A stretch of DNA of 64,000 nucleotides from Nitrososphaerota archaeon (GCA_011605725.1 JAAOZP010000004.1:96001-160000), one strand, 5' to 3'. Positions 19,201 through 28,673 are shown, numbered from the stretch's first letter. The notes: generated from the letters alone by a model not told the origin. Numbers and translations are program-made.

Positions 19201-19879
19201 CGATGAGAAAATTTTCAGCAAAGTAGCCTTGGCTCAGGTTTGAGAATAGCCCTATTTTCATCCTAGCGGTCTTGTTAAGTATTTTACCGGTCTCTAGATC
19301 GATGAGGGTGAAGGTGTATGAATCAGGGTCGATGTGCCTGACTAAGTATGTCCTCTTCTTAGGATACCTATGAAGAATGTGGAAGACATTAGTTCCATTG
19401 CTTTCATATTTTATAGAGCTTACATCTTCCTCACTTCCATCCTTACCAATTGCCTTATAGGAGATTTCTACGGAGACGCTTCCATCGCTGCCTCTACGAA
19501 TATAGATTTTCTCATACTCGGGGATTATCGTGTAATCCTTAAGATCATAGTCTATTCGAGTCGGTAGCTTCAGAGTATTGTTAGCACTTTTTATGGTTCG
19601 ACGTATCTCCTCTTCTAAGCTTCCAATGGAAACCAGTTGAGCTATGAAGAACCAGAGCCTCTGCGCAAGCTCAACGGGAAAGCCCTCAGGCACTATGAAG
19701 CATGCCTCGGTTATCGAGCTGCTCGGCACCTTCCCCTTCCTTAATTCCTCCTCTATGAACTTTAATGCTGTTAGAGCATCCGTTTCCTCCGTGGCGTATG
19801 CCCTAAGGGTTAGAGCAGCGCTGAAGTTGGAGGTTAATATCAGGATTGCCAGGATTGCGGCTGATGCTTTCCTAAGCAT
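16208..19879 (-). CDS. Large secreted multidomain protein, N-terminal part of a probable polymorphic toxin (frameshifted at 16222-16231)
   Basis: Signal peptide; Ig/CARDB-like beta domains (NLTITLLNKGGRKARDV); Gly/Ala-rich hydrophobic helices (FWRGFWDGF, GYATGRVVGAIV). Confidence 0.7.
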   Translation of the reverse strand: MLRKASAAILAILILTSNFSAALTLRAYATEETDALTALKFIEEELRKGKVPSSSITEACFIVPEGFPVELAQRLWFFIAQLVSIGSLEEEIRRTIKSANNTLKLPTRIDYDLKDYTIIPEYEKIYIRRGSDGSVSVEISYKAIGKDGSEEDVSSIKYESNGTNVFHILHRYPKKRTYLVRHIDPDSYTFTLIDLETGKILNKTARMKIGLFSNLSQGYFAENFLIAVPSHFEETREAMQSQISEFRVLLPAYDPIIVDTTISSTKVGIGDTITITAQIRNPQEIRGSYEILLGVRFSDSDAFETWAPLPSPTRIAPLYLKAKKPGVYKITVYFAVVQPGNLDLVFWNGGKTVTYTIEVLPEPPRLEVKLSSQVIAKYANLTITLLNKGGRKARDVKLLITGDVDRKELEIGAIVGLWSKNILTKLLSPIAKLNITAVYCDEEGKRYISTALTTISTMSFVAPEEWRTYVVNVEGYNETKRVFVPGYQGATHVKLYFMTTDMAPGYLQDFNGVELIPISPDGFTSTIENVSDISKMTKTLNVRYALIDVKPGFLYERILHEDEVKKLLGILEDDRLEPSKIPSNYEVKLLKEEVLNQSEVITVNGEFYEWLKYNGWEDHDYKYEDTGETRWDLDKAATRGSHGKEIELIYHPLAYGGGDLVQGVLIRNYAACNAEYELEVFAGPARIPEEHAISVPAFGSIPLHLVQLEEDAEYPIFINLKHGGRVVATLQASFRSGELPMFWRGFWDGFVSKGWGIIVTCGIMIVVGFVLPPKWAVAASPAILATGIAMNIAEIWTDVHNALAAMDSFNEIADVCEGRSKEFNEIGMAQHANELFELSQIFRLEAKDINDNLLSNVLSDLALDVSWDEIRIAFGLKEPPSTKDRDYRIGYATGRVVGAIVSCAAYVTTFYAVVNRIRAEKAGGKPLSVEDVLRIVGRGIWNWITPAIFDVLVLRLKPSFHKVVDLLLGNKYSRKFGDVVGDLIKRINNPSKIEDILETASEISKHTLENVPSVESSGRILNAISTIIKHYSLEEFQGKGGIIVRSIVSMWIKDGDDAIESLNNWLNKNTKDPDKIKALDEILIMIKGDARKGVGIKIGKIIDNYFDIKGKYDENVAGIFLTTVLENPDVLDKLVAKISSIEYYKVSWERLREVTLEKGDGAMLSLGKGNDVGPGIYKAKIYWEYGGKKGVVEFSFRKDTKSSQFWMPKDCAEGILARALQQD

Positions 19880-20912
19880 TCCCTTCGCCTCCCGGCTTAC
19901 CTAGGGTTCTCCATCTCAGGAGTATGATGAGCAATGAGACCGTTGAGACAGCCAACGAAGATGCTAAGAGCCTCATGATGCTTAATTCTTCAGCAAGCCT
20001 TTCATTTTCCCTAGTCTTCTCTGAAACCATCTCCTGGTATTCTTTGAGAGAGACCCTTAGAAGAGCCGTGGTATTCTTCTCTATCTCCAGCTTATCCCTT
20101 GATGCTCTTAGCTCAACCTCGGAACTATTCAACATAATCCGAAGCCGCTCATTCTCCTCCTTCGACTCAAGGTGTTTTGAGAATGGGTTTCGTCGAGCTC
20201 AATAATCAGCGTCGCCGTTAGATTCGGTGCTTTGATGCTTAGCAAGAGCTTAGCCGGCTCCTTAAGCCCAGAGAACCTTGACCACTCAATTCTCGTTTCG
20301 TACAGTCCCTTCTCGCATACAACCTTACAATCCTCGATTAGAGATTCCACTCGGAGCGTTGCCCCCACCTCAACGCTATTGCATGGAGCGATTATTTTGA
20401 AGGAGATTTTTAGAGCATCTTCATCTATGAAGATAGAATTCGGAACTATCTCGATGAAATCAATAACCTCTTCGCCTTCAACCTTTATCATCGCCTGTCC
20501 CTCTTTGAAACTTCTTACCCCCTGTCTATAGCAGTCTATCAAGAAGCAGTTACCCGAAATAGTGTCGTTATCCACGGCTATCCAGAGCTGAGTCCCATTA
20601 AAGTCGAGCATGGGGTAAACGCAGACGTAGAAATCGCCCCTTATGGTTACGTTGGGCGCGCGCGGGGCGGGTAGCGTTTAATGGCCAGTTTACTGGGAGA
20701 AATGGGCGAATAAAGATCACTGCAAACGTTAAGAGGAATGGCGATGCTTCGGCGTAAATTTCGTTTACCAGCGGGTAAACACTATTTACCTTCGAGCAAA
20801 CAACATTTACCTTCAGTGGGCATTTGTCTACGTGCCCAGCGACTCCACGCATCTTTGAAACGGCTTTAATGGCTAAAAGGAAGATGCACAATGCTTTCCA
20901 TGGCCTAGCCAC
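19872..20912 (-). pseudogene. Secreted/membrane-anchored accessory gene broken into three ORFs
   Basis: ORFs 20598-20912, 20129-20611 and 19872-20135 join by two frameshifts: at the GC tract 20656-20664 (PNVTIRGDFYVCVYP reads into MLDF) and near 20190 (NPFSKHLESKEENERLRI reads into MLNS). Signal-like start, then coiled coil and C-terminal TM. Confidence 0.65.
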
Positions 20913-21339
20913 TATGCTAGTGTGCTCTAATAATTATAATTACTGATTCTGAAATCCTTTATCACATTGTTTATCAGATTTTTAGTACTCATAACCACCC
21001 GGGTTCTAAGAATTATAAAAACGTTAATTACTACATGGACCAGTGCGCACGGCAGCCCTGTTTTTAGCACATAGAGTCACCACTTTCCAGCTCGGGGAGT
21101 AACTTTAATCAGCCATATCGCCAGAGAGTTTTTTAGCGTATGCTCTGCAAAATGAGTAGGCTAGTGTTCCAGACAGATATTGATACATTCTGCAAGAGAG
21201 TTCCAAGAAGCATTTTTGGCGAGATACAGATTTCATCCCGGAGAAACTAAAAGAAATCTAATGATAAAAGCCGACATTAAGGTTTGGTTTTAAACTAAAG
21301 CAAAATGTCACATAACAGGAGACATAACGCTTGCTTCTA

Positions 21340-21375
21340 AGGGTAAACCTTTATCACGGGCATAGCTTAACCCTC
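21340..21375. repeat. Direct repeat copy 2 (pheS end + relic pheT start MPVIKVYP), right island boundary
   Basis: agggtaaacctttatcacgggcatagcttaaccctc. Confidence 0.9.
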
Positions 21376-22838
21376 CTCAACCAGCCTAAGTCGTTCTGAT
21401 AGAGGATACGAATATCGTTAACTCCCAGCTTAAGCATCAGCAAGCGCTCCAAGCCCCCTCCCCAAGCGAGAACAGGATAATCTATACCAAGAGGTTTAGT
21501 AACCTCAGGCCTGAAAATCCCCATGCCGCATAATTCAAGCCACCTACCGGCTTGCGGAACGTAGACGACGGAGTTCATACTCGGCTCAGTGTATGGGAAG
21601 TACGAGGGCCAGAATTGAACCTTTTCCAACCCGAGTTTCTTATAGAATTCTGTTAAAACTCCCTTTAGGTCTCTGAGGGTCACACTCTTATCCATTATTA
21701 TGCCCTCTATCTGGTGGAACTCTGCAAGGCTTTTGAAAGAGAGCCTCTCGTTTCTGAAAACCCTGTCGACGCTGAAAACCTTAACTGGAGGATCCCTATG
21801 CTCATACAGGTACCTTACTGATACGCATGTAGTATGTGTTCTTAACACGAGCCTCTTCGCAGCCTCCTCAGACCATTTCCCGCCCCATCCGGTTGAACCC
21901 GTCTCCCAGCCGTTTTCATGCGTTTTCCTCACTCTTTCAACAAGCTGCCTGTCAGCCAGCTCCGTGGAGGATGGGTGTGAAAGATAGAAGGTGTCCTGCA
22001 TCTCCCTAGCTGGATGGTCCTGCGGGGTGAAGAGGGCGTCGAAGTTCCAGAAGCATGATTCGACCAGTGGGCCCTTCGCCTCGGTGAAACCCATCTCTGT
22101 AAAGATTTCCTTAACCTCTTTGATGAATTCTGTTAACGGGTGTAGTTTCCCAGGGTATATAGGCTCAACATCAGTAGTGACATCGTACGGTTTAAGCTCA
22201 ACGTTTCTCCATTCCCCTGTTCTCAGGAGCTCAGGAGTCAACTGTGTTACTGCAACCTTCAGCTCAACAAGTCTACCTGCCTCAGTCAGAGAGACCAGTC
22301 TCTCAACCTTCTCCTCAACTTTAACTATGCCCCTTCCTGACAGGAGTCTAACAGCATCATTATCCAGCAGGCTGATGTCTAGAGGGCCTGACGCCAATGT
22401 CCTGACAACGGTTTCGTCAACCCCTTCAGGAGGCTCTTTCTCAACAACTATGTGAGGAACACCGTTTACAGCCCTGATTGAACCCCATCCCTTTCTACGC
22501 AGCCAGCCGAGCGCTATCGTGAAGAAAGACTCATCAGGATAAGTCTTCCGAGCCTCCTCCAGAGGCATAATGCCCCCGTTTCTCAGCACGAGTTTCAAAA
22601 GCCTTCTCTCAGGAAGCCCGTTTCTAGAATGGTATTCTCCCTCAACGGTTAACCTAGCATACTTGGTTTCCCTGGTTGAGACCCTTACTAAGCCTTTCTG
22701 AGAAAGGGAGGAGACTACGCTTGCTGCTGACGACTCATTCAAACCCGTGATCATGCAGAGTTCGCTGAAGCCCATGGCTCTACCGGTTCTTCTAAGAGCC
22801 TCTACAATGTCTTTCTCAAGCTTAGATTCCAGGCTCAC
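21354..22838 (-). CDS. pheS: Phenylalanine--tRNA ligase alpha subunit
   Basis: FWNFDALFTPQDHPAREMQDTFY, LRTHTT, EFHQIEG, YFPYTEPS, GIFRPEV; probable start is the GTG at 22838 after AGGAGG. Confidence 0.97.
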   Translation of the reverse strand: MSLESKLEKDIVEALRRTGRAMGFSELCMITGLNESSAASVVSSLSQKGLVRVSTRETKYARLTVEGEYHSRNGLPERRLLKLVLRNGGIMPLEEARKTYPDESFFTIALGWLRRKGWGSIRAVNGVPHIVVEKEPPEGVDETVVRTLASGPLDISLLDNDAVRLLSGRGIVKVEEKVERLVSLTEAGRLVELKVAVTQLTPELLRTGEWRNVELKPYDVTTDVEPIYPGKLHPLTEFIKEVKEIFTEMGFTEAKGPLVESCFWNFDALFTPQDHPAREMQDTFYLSHPSSTELADRQLVERVRKTHENGWETGSTGWGGKWSEEAAKRLVLRTHTTCVSVRYLYEHRDPPVKVFSVDRVFRNERLSFKSLAEFHQIEGIIMDKSVTLRDLKGVLTEFYKKLGLEKVQFWPSYFPYTEPSMNSVVYVPQAGRWLELCGMGIFRPEVTKPLGIDYPVLAWGGGLERLLMLKLGVNDIRILYQNDLGWLRRVKLCP

Positions 22839-22913
22839 CCTCCTACACCTATCGTTTAAACGTGCACAAGCAGTTTTTAAATTTGAAACCTTAATAATTC
22901 CTATTGGAGAAAT

Positions 22914-24710
22914 ATGCTGATGAAGCCCGGGGTCAAGCCTCCCGAGATAGTTGAGAAACTGATTTCCGCAGCACTTGGAAGGAGTAAAGCAAGCCTCGTC
23001 GTCGAGAGAGGAGCTTTGGTGAATGTTTTCACCGGAGAGATTGTTGAAAACACTGATATTGCTGTGGTCGACGACAGAATAGTGCTGGTAGGGAATGCTA
23101 AGCATACGATTGGGCCTGAGACAAAGATTATCGATGCTTACGGAAAATACTTGGCACCAGGGTTCTTAGACGGACATGTGCATGTGGAGAGCTCTATGCT
23201 GACAGTAACCCAGTTTGCAAAAGCTGTTCTACCCCACGGGACGACGACTGTTTTCATAGATCCCCACGAGGTTGCGAACGTGCTTGGGATAAACGGGGTT
23301 AGAATGATGCATGACGAGGGATTAGGCTTGCCTTTGAAAGTCTATGTTTCAATCCCCAGCTGTGTGCCGGCGACCGGTTCAGAGTTTGAAACCGCTGGGG
23401 CCGAAATAGGTTTAAAGGAGATTGAGGAAGCATTCTCATGGAGAAACACTATTGCACTGGGTGAAGTCATGAATTACCCTGGAGTATTATCCTTAAACCC
23501 CAAGATTATAGGTGAGGTTAAAGCGGCTTTGAAAAACGGCAGAATCGTGGAAGGACATTTCTTCGGAAACCTTAATGAAGAGCTTAACGCTTACATTGCA
23601 GCAGGAATATCCTCTGACCACGAGTCTGTAACTATGGAAGCTGGGCTTGCTAAACTACGACTAGGGATGCATGTTATGGTTAGGGAAGCATCAGCCTGGA
23701 GAGACCTGAAGGAGGTAATAAGAATGGTTACGGAGAAAAAGGTTGACGCGAGAAGAGTGTGTCTGGTTAGTGACGACAGGGAGCCTAACGACCTTTTGAA
23801 AGACGGACATATCGACCACATCGTTAGAAGAGCGGTGGAAGAAGGCGTTGACCCTGTGACCAGCATTCAAATGGCCACGTTGAACACTGCGGAACACTTT
23901 AAGGTCGACAGTGAGATAGGCGCCCTAGCACCAGGGATGATAGCTGACATACTGATCCTGAAAGACTTGAACAGGGTTCTCGTCGAAACGGTGATAGCTA
24001 ATGGCAGGATTGTCGCGAAGAACGGTAGGCTGGTGGCGGAAATACCTGAATACCAGTATCCTGAAGAAGCTAAGAGGACAATCAGGCTAGGCAGGAAGCT
24101 TGATGAAAACGATTTAAAGATAAGGGTTGGCCAAGACAAGGATGCTTTCAAAGTCAGGGTTATACAGGTTGTTGAAGCTAAGGCTATTACGAGGAGCATG
24201 CTCGCAAGTATTAGGCAGAGAAACGGTTTCCTAGAGGCGGATCCGGCTCAGGATATTGCTAAGGTAGCGGTTTTTGAAAGACACAGGGCCTCAGGCAACA
24301 GGGGAATAGGTTTCGTCAAAGGCTTCGGCTTTAAGAAGGGTGCCGTAGCATCCACAGTAGCACACGACAGTCACAACATGCTTATAGTAGGGGTGAACGA
24401 CGGCGACATGGCTTTAGCGGGAAACACGCTGGCAGAGGCTGGGGGAGGAATGGTAGCCGTGGAAAACAACCGGGTACTGGCTCTTCTAGAGCTCCCCATA
24501 GCTGGCTTAATGTCGGATAAGCCTGTTCAAGAGGTTGCAGCAAGAGTTGAAAAGCTTTCAGAAGCCTGGAGACAGCTTGGCTGCACGATGACCCGTCCAT
24601 TCATGACGATGTCCCTACTGGCTCTTCCAGTCCTTCCTGAGCTCAGGATAACTGATAAAGGGCTTATCGACACGGTTAATTTTAGAAGAGTAGACCTTAT
24701 AGTGGAATAA
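22914..24710 (+). CDS. ade: Adenine deaminase
   Basis: PGFLDGHVHVESS, DPHEVANV, LGEVMNYPG, SDHE, STVAHDSHN. Confidence 0.96.
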   Translation: MLMKPGVKPPEIVEKLISAALGRSKASLVVERGALVNVFTGEIVENTDIAVVDDRIVLVGNAKHTIGPETKIIDAYGKYLAPGFLDGHVHVESSMLTVTQFAKAVLPHGTTTVFIDPHEVANVLGINGVRMMHDEGLGLPLKVYVSIPSCVPATGSEFETAGAEIGLKEIEEAFSWRNTIALGEVMNYPGVLSLNPKIIGEVKAALKNGRIVEGHFFGNLNEELNAYIAAGISSDHESVTMEAGLAKLRLGMHVMVREASAWRDLKEVIRMVTEKKVDARRVCLVSDDREPNDLLKDGHIDHIVRRAVEEGVDPVTSIQMATLNTAEHFKVDSEIGALAPGMIADILILKDLNRVLVETVIANGRIVAKNGRLVAEIPEYQYPEEAKRTIRLGRKLDENDLKIRVGQDKDAFKVRVIQVVEAKAITRSMLASIRQRNGFLEADPAQDIAKVAVFERHRASGNRGIGFVKGFGFKKGAVASTVAHDSHNMLIVGVNDGDMALAGNTLAEAGGGMVAVENNRVLALLELPIAGLMSDKPVQEVAARVEKLSEAWRQLGCTMTRPFMTMSLLALPVLPELRITDKGLIDTVNFRRVDLIVE

Positions 24711-24773
24711 GCCGCGCTGCAAGTCGAGAAGCATATTGAAAACCTCTGTTTTGAAGCATTAAGCGTTCTTATA

Positions 24774-25868
24774 GTGTTCTGGAAAAGCTTTAAACCTTTA
24801 AAGCTTCTCGAAACATCAGTGTTGAGTAAGCTGTCGCTAGCCTGGCTCATACCGGTCTCCCGAAGAATCGATACCTTCGTAAGCAGGGAGATTAGAGATT
24901 TCTACGAGAATGCTTCACGAGAAGGGCTAATAGACAGTAAGGAGGCTTATGCCCAGCTTGAGAAAGCCCTCTCTCATAAGACGGATTTTGTAACAGCCCT
25001 CAAGATAAGCGTGCCAGTCAACTGGAGGAGCAGTGTTTCATACTGGCTTTGGAAGAAGGGGGGCGGTGCATCCGGCTTTTCAACAATGCTTAAAACCCTG
25101 AGGGACAGGAGAATGTACGAGTTAGCGACGACTTTCGCAATAGCCTTAAAGTCTGGGGACATTAGGGATGAGGCTTTCGACGAGAAAGGCTTCGTGAAAC
25201 CTGAGGAGTACGAGTTTAAAATAAGGATAGCCGACAACCTTGAGAACCTGGTTAACCAGAGGGTTAGAAGAATACATAGGGATGGGTTTGCCGACAGATA
25301 CTTCAAGGGAAGGGAGGAGGTTTTCAGATATGAGCTTAAAGACCTAGAGTACTCTGAGCTTTTCAGGAAAAGAGAATACGATAAAATAATCTCCCTCTAC
25401 GATGACTTGAAGGAAACATGGCACGGCAAGACTGCTGGAATAGGAGAGAAAGTTGTTTCATTAACCCTTTTCGAGGCAGGTATACTGGATGAGGAGCCTG
25501 ATGCTTGTGAAGCAATAGTGAAGTACCAGTGGGCAATCACCAACATTTGGATGTGGAGCGACGAGATGAAAGACCTTTTCAGCAATCTTAGAGAGGGGAG
25601 TATAAACATGCTTATCGTCGAATGTTTAAAGAATGGCCTCAGCAGGGTTGACGAGGAGTCGGTTAAGGACTTCATAGCAAGCAACCCGTGCATCCTGGAT
25701 GAGCCGGCTAAACAGTATTTTCAGCTGGCTAGAAGCATTGAAGACAAAATGAGGAAGTATCCTTGGATAAACATGAAGGACTACTTGGAGGGAGCTAAAC
25801 TGGTCTTTCAAAAGTTTTACGAAAGAAGAAACAGATTGTTGAGAGAAATCAGCGTTAGAAAAGCATAG
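24774..25868 (+). CDS. Hypothetical protein, possible class I isoprenoid-synthase-like fold
   Basis: Helical; WSDEMKDLFSNLREGSIN resembles a degenerate DDxxD..DL.EG motif. Confidence 0.45.
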   Translation: MFWKSFKPLKLLETSVLSKLSLAWLIPVSRRIDTFVSREIRDFYENASREGLIDSKEAYAQLEKALSHKTDFVTALKISVPVNWRSSVSYWLWKKGGGASGFSTMLKTLRDRRMYELATTFAIALKSGDIRDEAFDEKGFVKPEEYEFKIRIADNLENLVNQRVRRIHRDGFADRYFKGREEVFRYELKDLEYSELFRKREYDKIISLYDDLKETWHGKTAGIGEKVVSLTLFEAGILDEEPDACEAIVKYQWAITNIWMWSDEMKDLFSNLREGSINMLIVECLKNGLSRVDEESVKDFIASNPCILDEPAKQYFQLARSIEDKMRKYPWINMKDYLEGAKLVFQKFYERRNRLLREISVRKA

Positions 25869-26064
25869 TTCTCAGCAACCCTCATTTTCACCTAGCGTTC
25901 TGTTCCTCATTAAAAATTAAGCGAAAAGCCTGAAGAACTCTTGGAAAGGGTTCCTGAACAAGAATAATTAGCGCATATTAAAGGCGGTTATTTTTAGATA
26001 AAGAGAAACTATTATAAATACAGGCTGATCCATCTGCGAATGTTAGAAGCTTAGAAGTGGGAAC

Positions 26065-27252
26065 ATGATGAGAAGAAGCATCGCCAGGATTGTTCTCCTA
26101 GCCCTGATTGTACTGAGCGTTTTAAACTACAGCGTTGAAGCCCCTGAAAACCCGAACATATACTACTATAGGCTTAGGATTAGCCTTGTAAACAAAGGTT
26201 CAAGCAGCTATACTCCCACTCTTGAAGACAGGCTATTCCTAATATTTCCAAACACTTCAACCCAGAAAACGTATATTTATGAAACCGACCCGGGTGTGAA
26301 GCGGTTTTTAACAGATGAAGACGGCAACCTGTTTGCTGAACTGGATTTTCCAGAAGCAATTGAACAGGGTGGAAACATTACTGCAACCATCATAATCATG
26401 GTTAACATATCTTCCAGATGCTTGCCGGAAATCTCAGTCGACTCCTCAGGAAGCCTCTCCGACATACCTGTTTGGCTTGCAAACTATACTGTTTCAAGTG
26501 GAGCATGGAGATACAGGGATGAAGGCTTTAAACATATAGCTGACCTTGCTGCCCAGATCAAGGGTAACGATACGAACATTCTTAGAATCATTTCTAAAAT
26601 GGTTGAGTTCATAGGAGATAGAGTCAAGTATCCGGAGGGTGAGGAGTTGAGACCCCCGCAGTATCCGAATCAGACATTGCCAAGCACGGGAGAAACAGGA
26701 CGGGGAGACTGCGACGACCAGTCTGCACTCCTTGTAACCATGCTTAGATCAGTTGGAATACCTTCTTATCTTCAAACTGGTGGAGTAATCTCATCTCTCT
26801 ACAGTGTTAACGGTGAAACATGGGATGGACACTTAACACTGGTTTCAAGAGGAATAGGGTGGCACGGGTGGGTTGAAGCATATGTTCCACCATGGGGCTG
26901 GCTCCCTGTAGACATAACTTATGGATACTATTCTAACCGACGGGACCCGTTGTCTTCTATAAAGTATTCAGCCTCAGCCCGTGAACTTATGCTTGAATCC
27001 GAAAAATACTCGTCCATAGATTTTGTGGAAGAGTATTTAAAAACGGAGAAAAGAATTATGGACAGCAGCATTTTCATACGTATGGAGGAAGAGATTTCTG
27101 AGACACTGATTTATAATGATGGTTCTAAAATGGTGGAGCAACACGGGGAAAGCATGATGCTGTTAACACTTCCCTTCATTCTAGCAGTAAGCGTAGCTAT
27201 CCTCATCATCCTGATAAGGAAGAAGAGCGTGACGCTAGTTTTTAGGAAGTGA
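26065..27252 (+). CDS. Surface transglutaminase-like (Cys-His-Asp) protein
   Basis: Signal peptide, GDCDDQS, HGWVEAY..WLPVD, C-terminal TM. Confidence 0.9.
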   Translation: MMRRSIARIVLLALIVLSVLNYSVEAPENPNIYYYRLRISLVNKGSSSYTPTLEDRLFLIFPNTSTQKTYIYETDPGVKRFLTDEDGNLFAELDFPEAIEQGGNITATIIIMVNISSRCLPEISVDSSGSLSDIPVWLANYTVSSGAWRYRDEGFKHIADLAAQIKGNDTNILRIISKMVEFIGDRVKYPEGEELRPPQYPNQTLPSTGETGRGDCDDQSALLVTMLRSVGIPSYLQTGGVISSLYSVNGETWDGHLTLVSRGIGWHGWVEAYVPPWGWLPVDITYGYYSNRRDPLSSIKYSASARELMLESEKYSSIDFVEEYLKTEKRIMDSSIFIRMEEEISETLIYNDGSKMVEQHGESMMLLTLPFILAVSVAILIILIRKKSVTLVFRK

Positions 27253-27328
27253 AGCAAAAACCCTTGACTAACATGGTTAACGGGCTAGAGAAATAGGTTT
27301 AAATCATCCCTTCAAAGCATTATTCTCA

Positions 27329-27571
27329 TTGCCTGGGGAGAAATCAGAATGGATAAGCATGATCTTGATCGCAGTAGCCCTATTCGCAGGAATGATGTTT
27401 TTCAAGGAAACACTTTATGTTCTAACGGTAACGATGCTCCTGCTAATGATCATGGTTGTATACGTTTTATTCAACTCTAGAAGGAGAAACCATTCTTTTA
27501 AGAAGCCTGGCGAAAAACCCAAGCAGGAGAATAAGACCAGCCCAAGCGAGAACGTCGAGGAAAAGGAATAA
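27329..27571 (+). CDS. Small two-TM membrane protein
   Basis: Two hydrophobic helices; TATA-like tttaaa upstream. Confidence 0.55.
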   Translation: MPGEKSEWISMILIAVALFAGMMFFKETLYVLTVTMLLLMIMVVYVLFNSRRRNHSFKKPGEKPKQENKTSPSENVEEKE

Positions 27572-27736
27572 CGGGTCAAGCCTAACATCAACATATTTTG
27601 CAGCCTTAACGTCTATAATCTGCGTTAGAAAAGGGAGGGGAAGACCGTTTTTAACATAGTGGTACGGCTCGGAAGGACTGTAGAGCCCGATTAACCCTGA
27701 CGCCAAGGTTAAAGCAAGCGCCTTAACAAGCAGCAT
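27467..27736 (-). CDS. Small membrane protein (89 aa)
   Basis: ATG at 27736: MLLVKALALTLASGLIGLY...GLPLPF...FLDVLAWAGLILLLGFF. Confidence 0.5.
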   Translation of the reverse strand: MLLVKALALTLASGLIGLYSPSEPYHYVKNGLPLPFLTQIIDVKAAKYVDVRLDPLFLFLDVLAWAGLILLLGFFARLLKRMVSPSRVE

Positions 27737-27836
27737 GCCTGCTTCTCGAAGCCTTACTCCACCCTCTTTCAAAGCATTAAGCTTGAAAAACGCCAAGAAT
27801 ATTAATCTTGCGAAACACGTAAGGAGGCTGGGAATA

Positions 27837-28673
27837 GTGTTTAGGGACATGCTTGAGAAGATCAGCAGCATGGGTAGGGATGAGACCGTTAGGCTCTGTG
27901 AAGAGACTTTTGAAAAACTGAGCATGGAGCCCCCGGTCTTAAAGCTTAACTGTGAAAAACTCCTGGTCATCGGGGACCTGCATGGAGACCTTGAGTCGTG
28001 TGTAAATGCTCTACGCCTCGCGAAGCTTGGCGAAGCCAAGGCTGTTTTTCTTGGGGACTATGTTGACAGGGGGCCGCACCAAGACAGTGTTATAAACCTT
28101 CTCTTACAGATGAAAAACGATAATCCTGACGAAATATTCCTTTTAAGGGGTAATCATGAAACACCCTCGATGAATTTTTCATACGGTTTTCTAAATCTTC
28201 TCGTCAGAAAGTTTGGAAAAGACTATGGGAAGGTTTACGAAGCATATTTGAGAGTTTTCTCGGAAATGCCTCTCGCGGGGATAGTCAACGAAAGGGTGAT
28301 GCTGGTTCACGGAGGACTTGCCAAGGGACTTGAAAGGATCGAGGAGCTTGAGAAAGCGGGTAAAGGAGGGTTTGAACCCGAGGACAAGAAGGTTTTTGAA
28401 ACGCTCTGGAACGATCCTTCTGAAGACGTTGAAGATTTCTCTCCTAATCCTAGAGGACCAGGAATCCACTGTTTCGGCGGAAAAGCTCTTGAAAGATTTC
28501 TGAAGAACAATAATCTTAGAATGATGGTGAGAAGCCATGAACCTGTCCTTCAGGGTTATCGCATTCTTTTCAACGGACTCTTAATAACAATCTTTTCCTG
28601 CAGGTTCTACGGCGTTAAACCCACCGCGTTAGAATTGAATAAGGAAAAATACCTTTTTAAAAGCTTGGAATAG
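27837..28673 (+). CDS. PPP-family Ser/Thr protein phosphatase
   Basis: GDLHG, GDYVDRG, RGNHE, VHGG, LWNDP, RSHE; probable start is the GTG at 27837. Confidence 0.93.
   Translation: MFRDMLEKISSMGRDETVRLCEETFEKLSMEPPVLKLNCEKLLVIGDLHGDLESCVNALRLAKLGEAKAVFLGDYVDRGPHQDSVINLLLQMKNDNPDEIFLLRGNHETPSMNFSYGFLNLLVRKFGKDYGKVYEAYLRVFSEMPLAGIVNERVMLVHGGLAKGLERIEELEKAGKGGFEPEDKKVFETLWNDPSEDVEDFSPNPRGPGIHCFGGKALERFLKNNNLRMMVRSHEPVLQGYRILFNGLLITIFSCRFYGVKPTALELNKEKYLFKSLE

Larger units (their letters stand above)
14278..21339. mobile_element. Genomic island inserted in the pheS-pheT junction (putative toxin-immunity cargo, no integrase seen)
   Basis: Flanking duplication of the junction, AT-rich segments, frameshifted cargo. 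Confidence 0.75.

Noticed and set aside
14278-21339. Island as a provirus or IS element
   Set aside because: No integrase, transposase, capsid or replication gene is recognisable; 20913-21339 is only AT-rich debris.
22839-23105. N-terminal extension of pheS (583-aa ORF call)
   Set aside because: Overlaps the divergent ade gene; the GTG at 22838 has an RBS and gives a normal archaeal PheS length.
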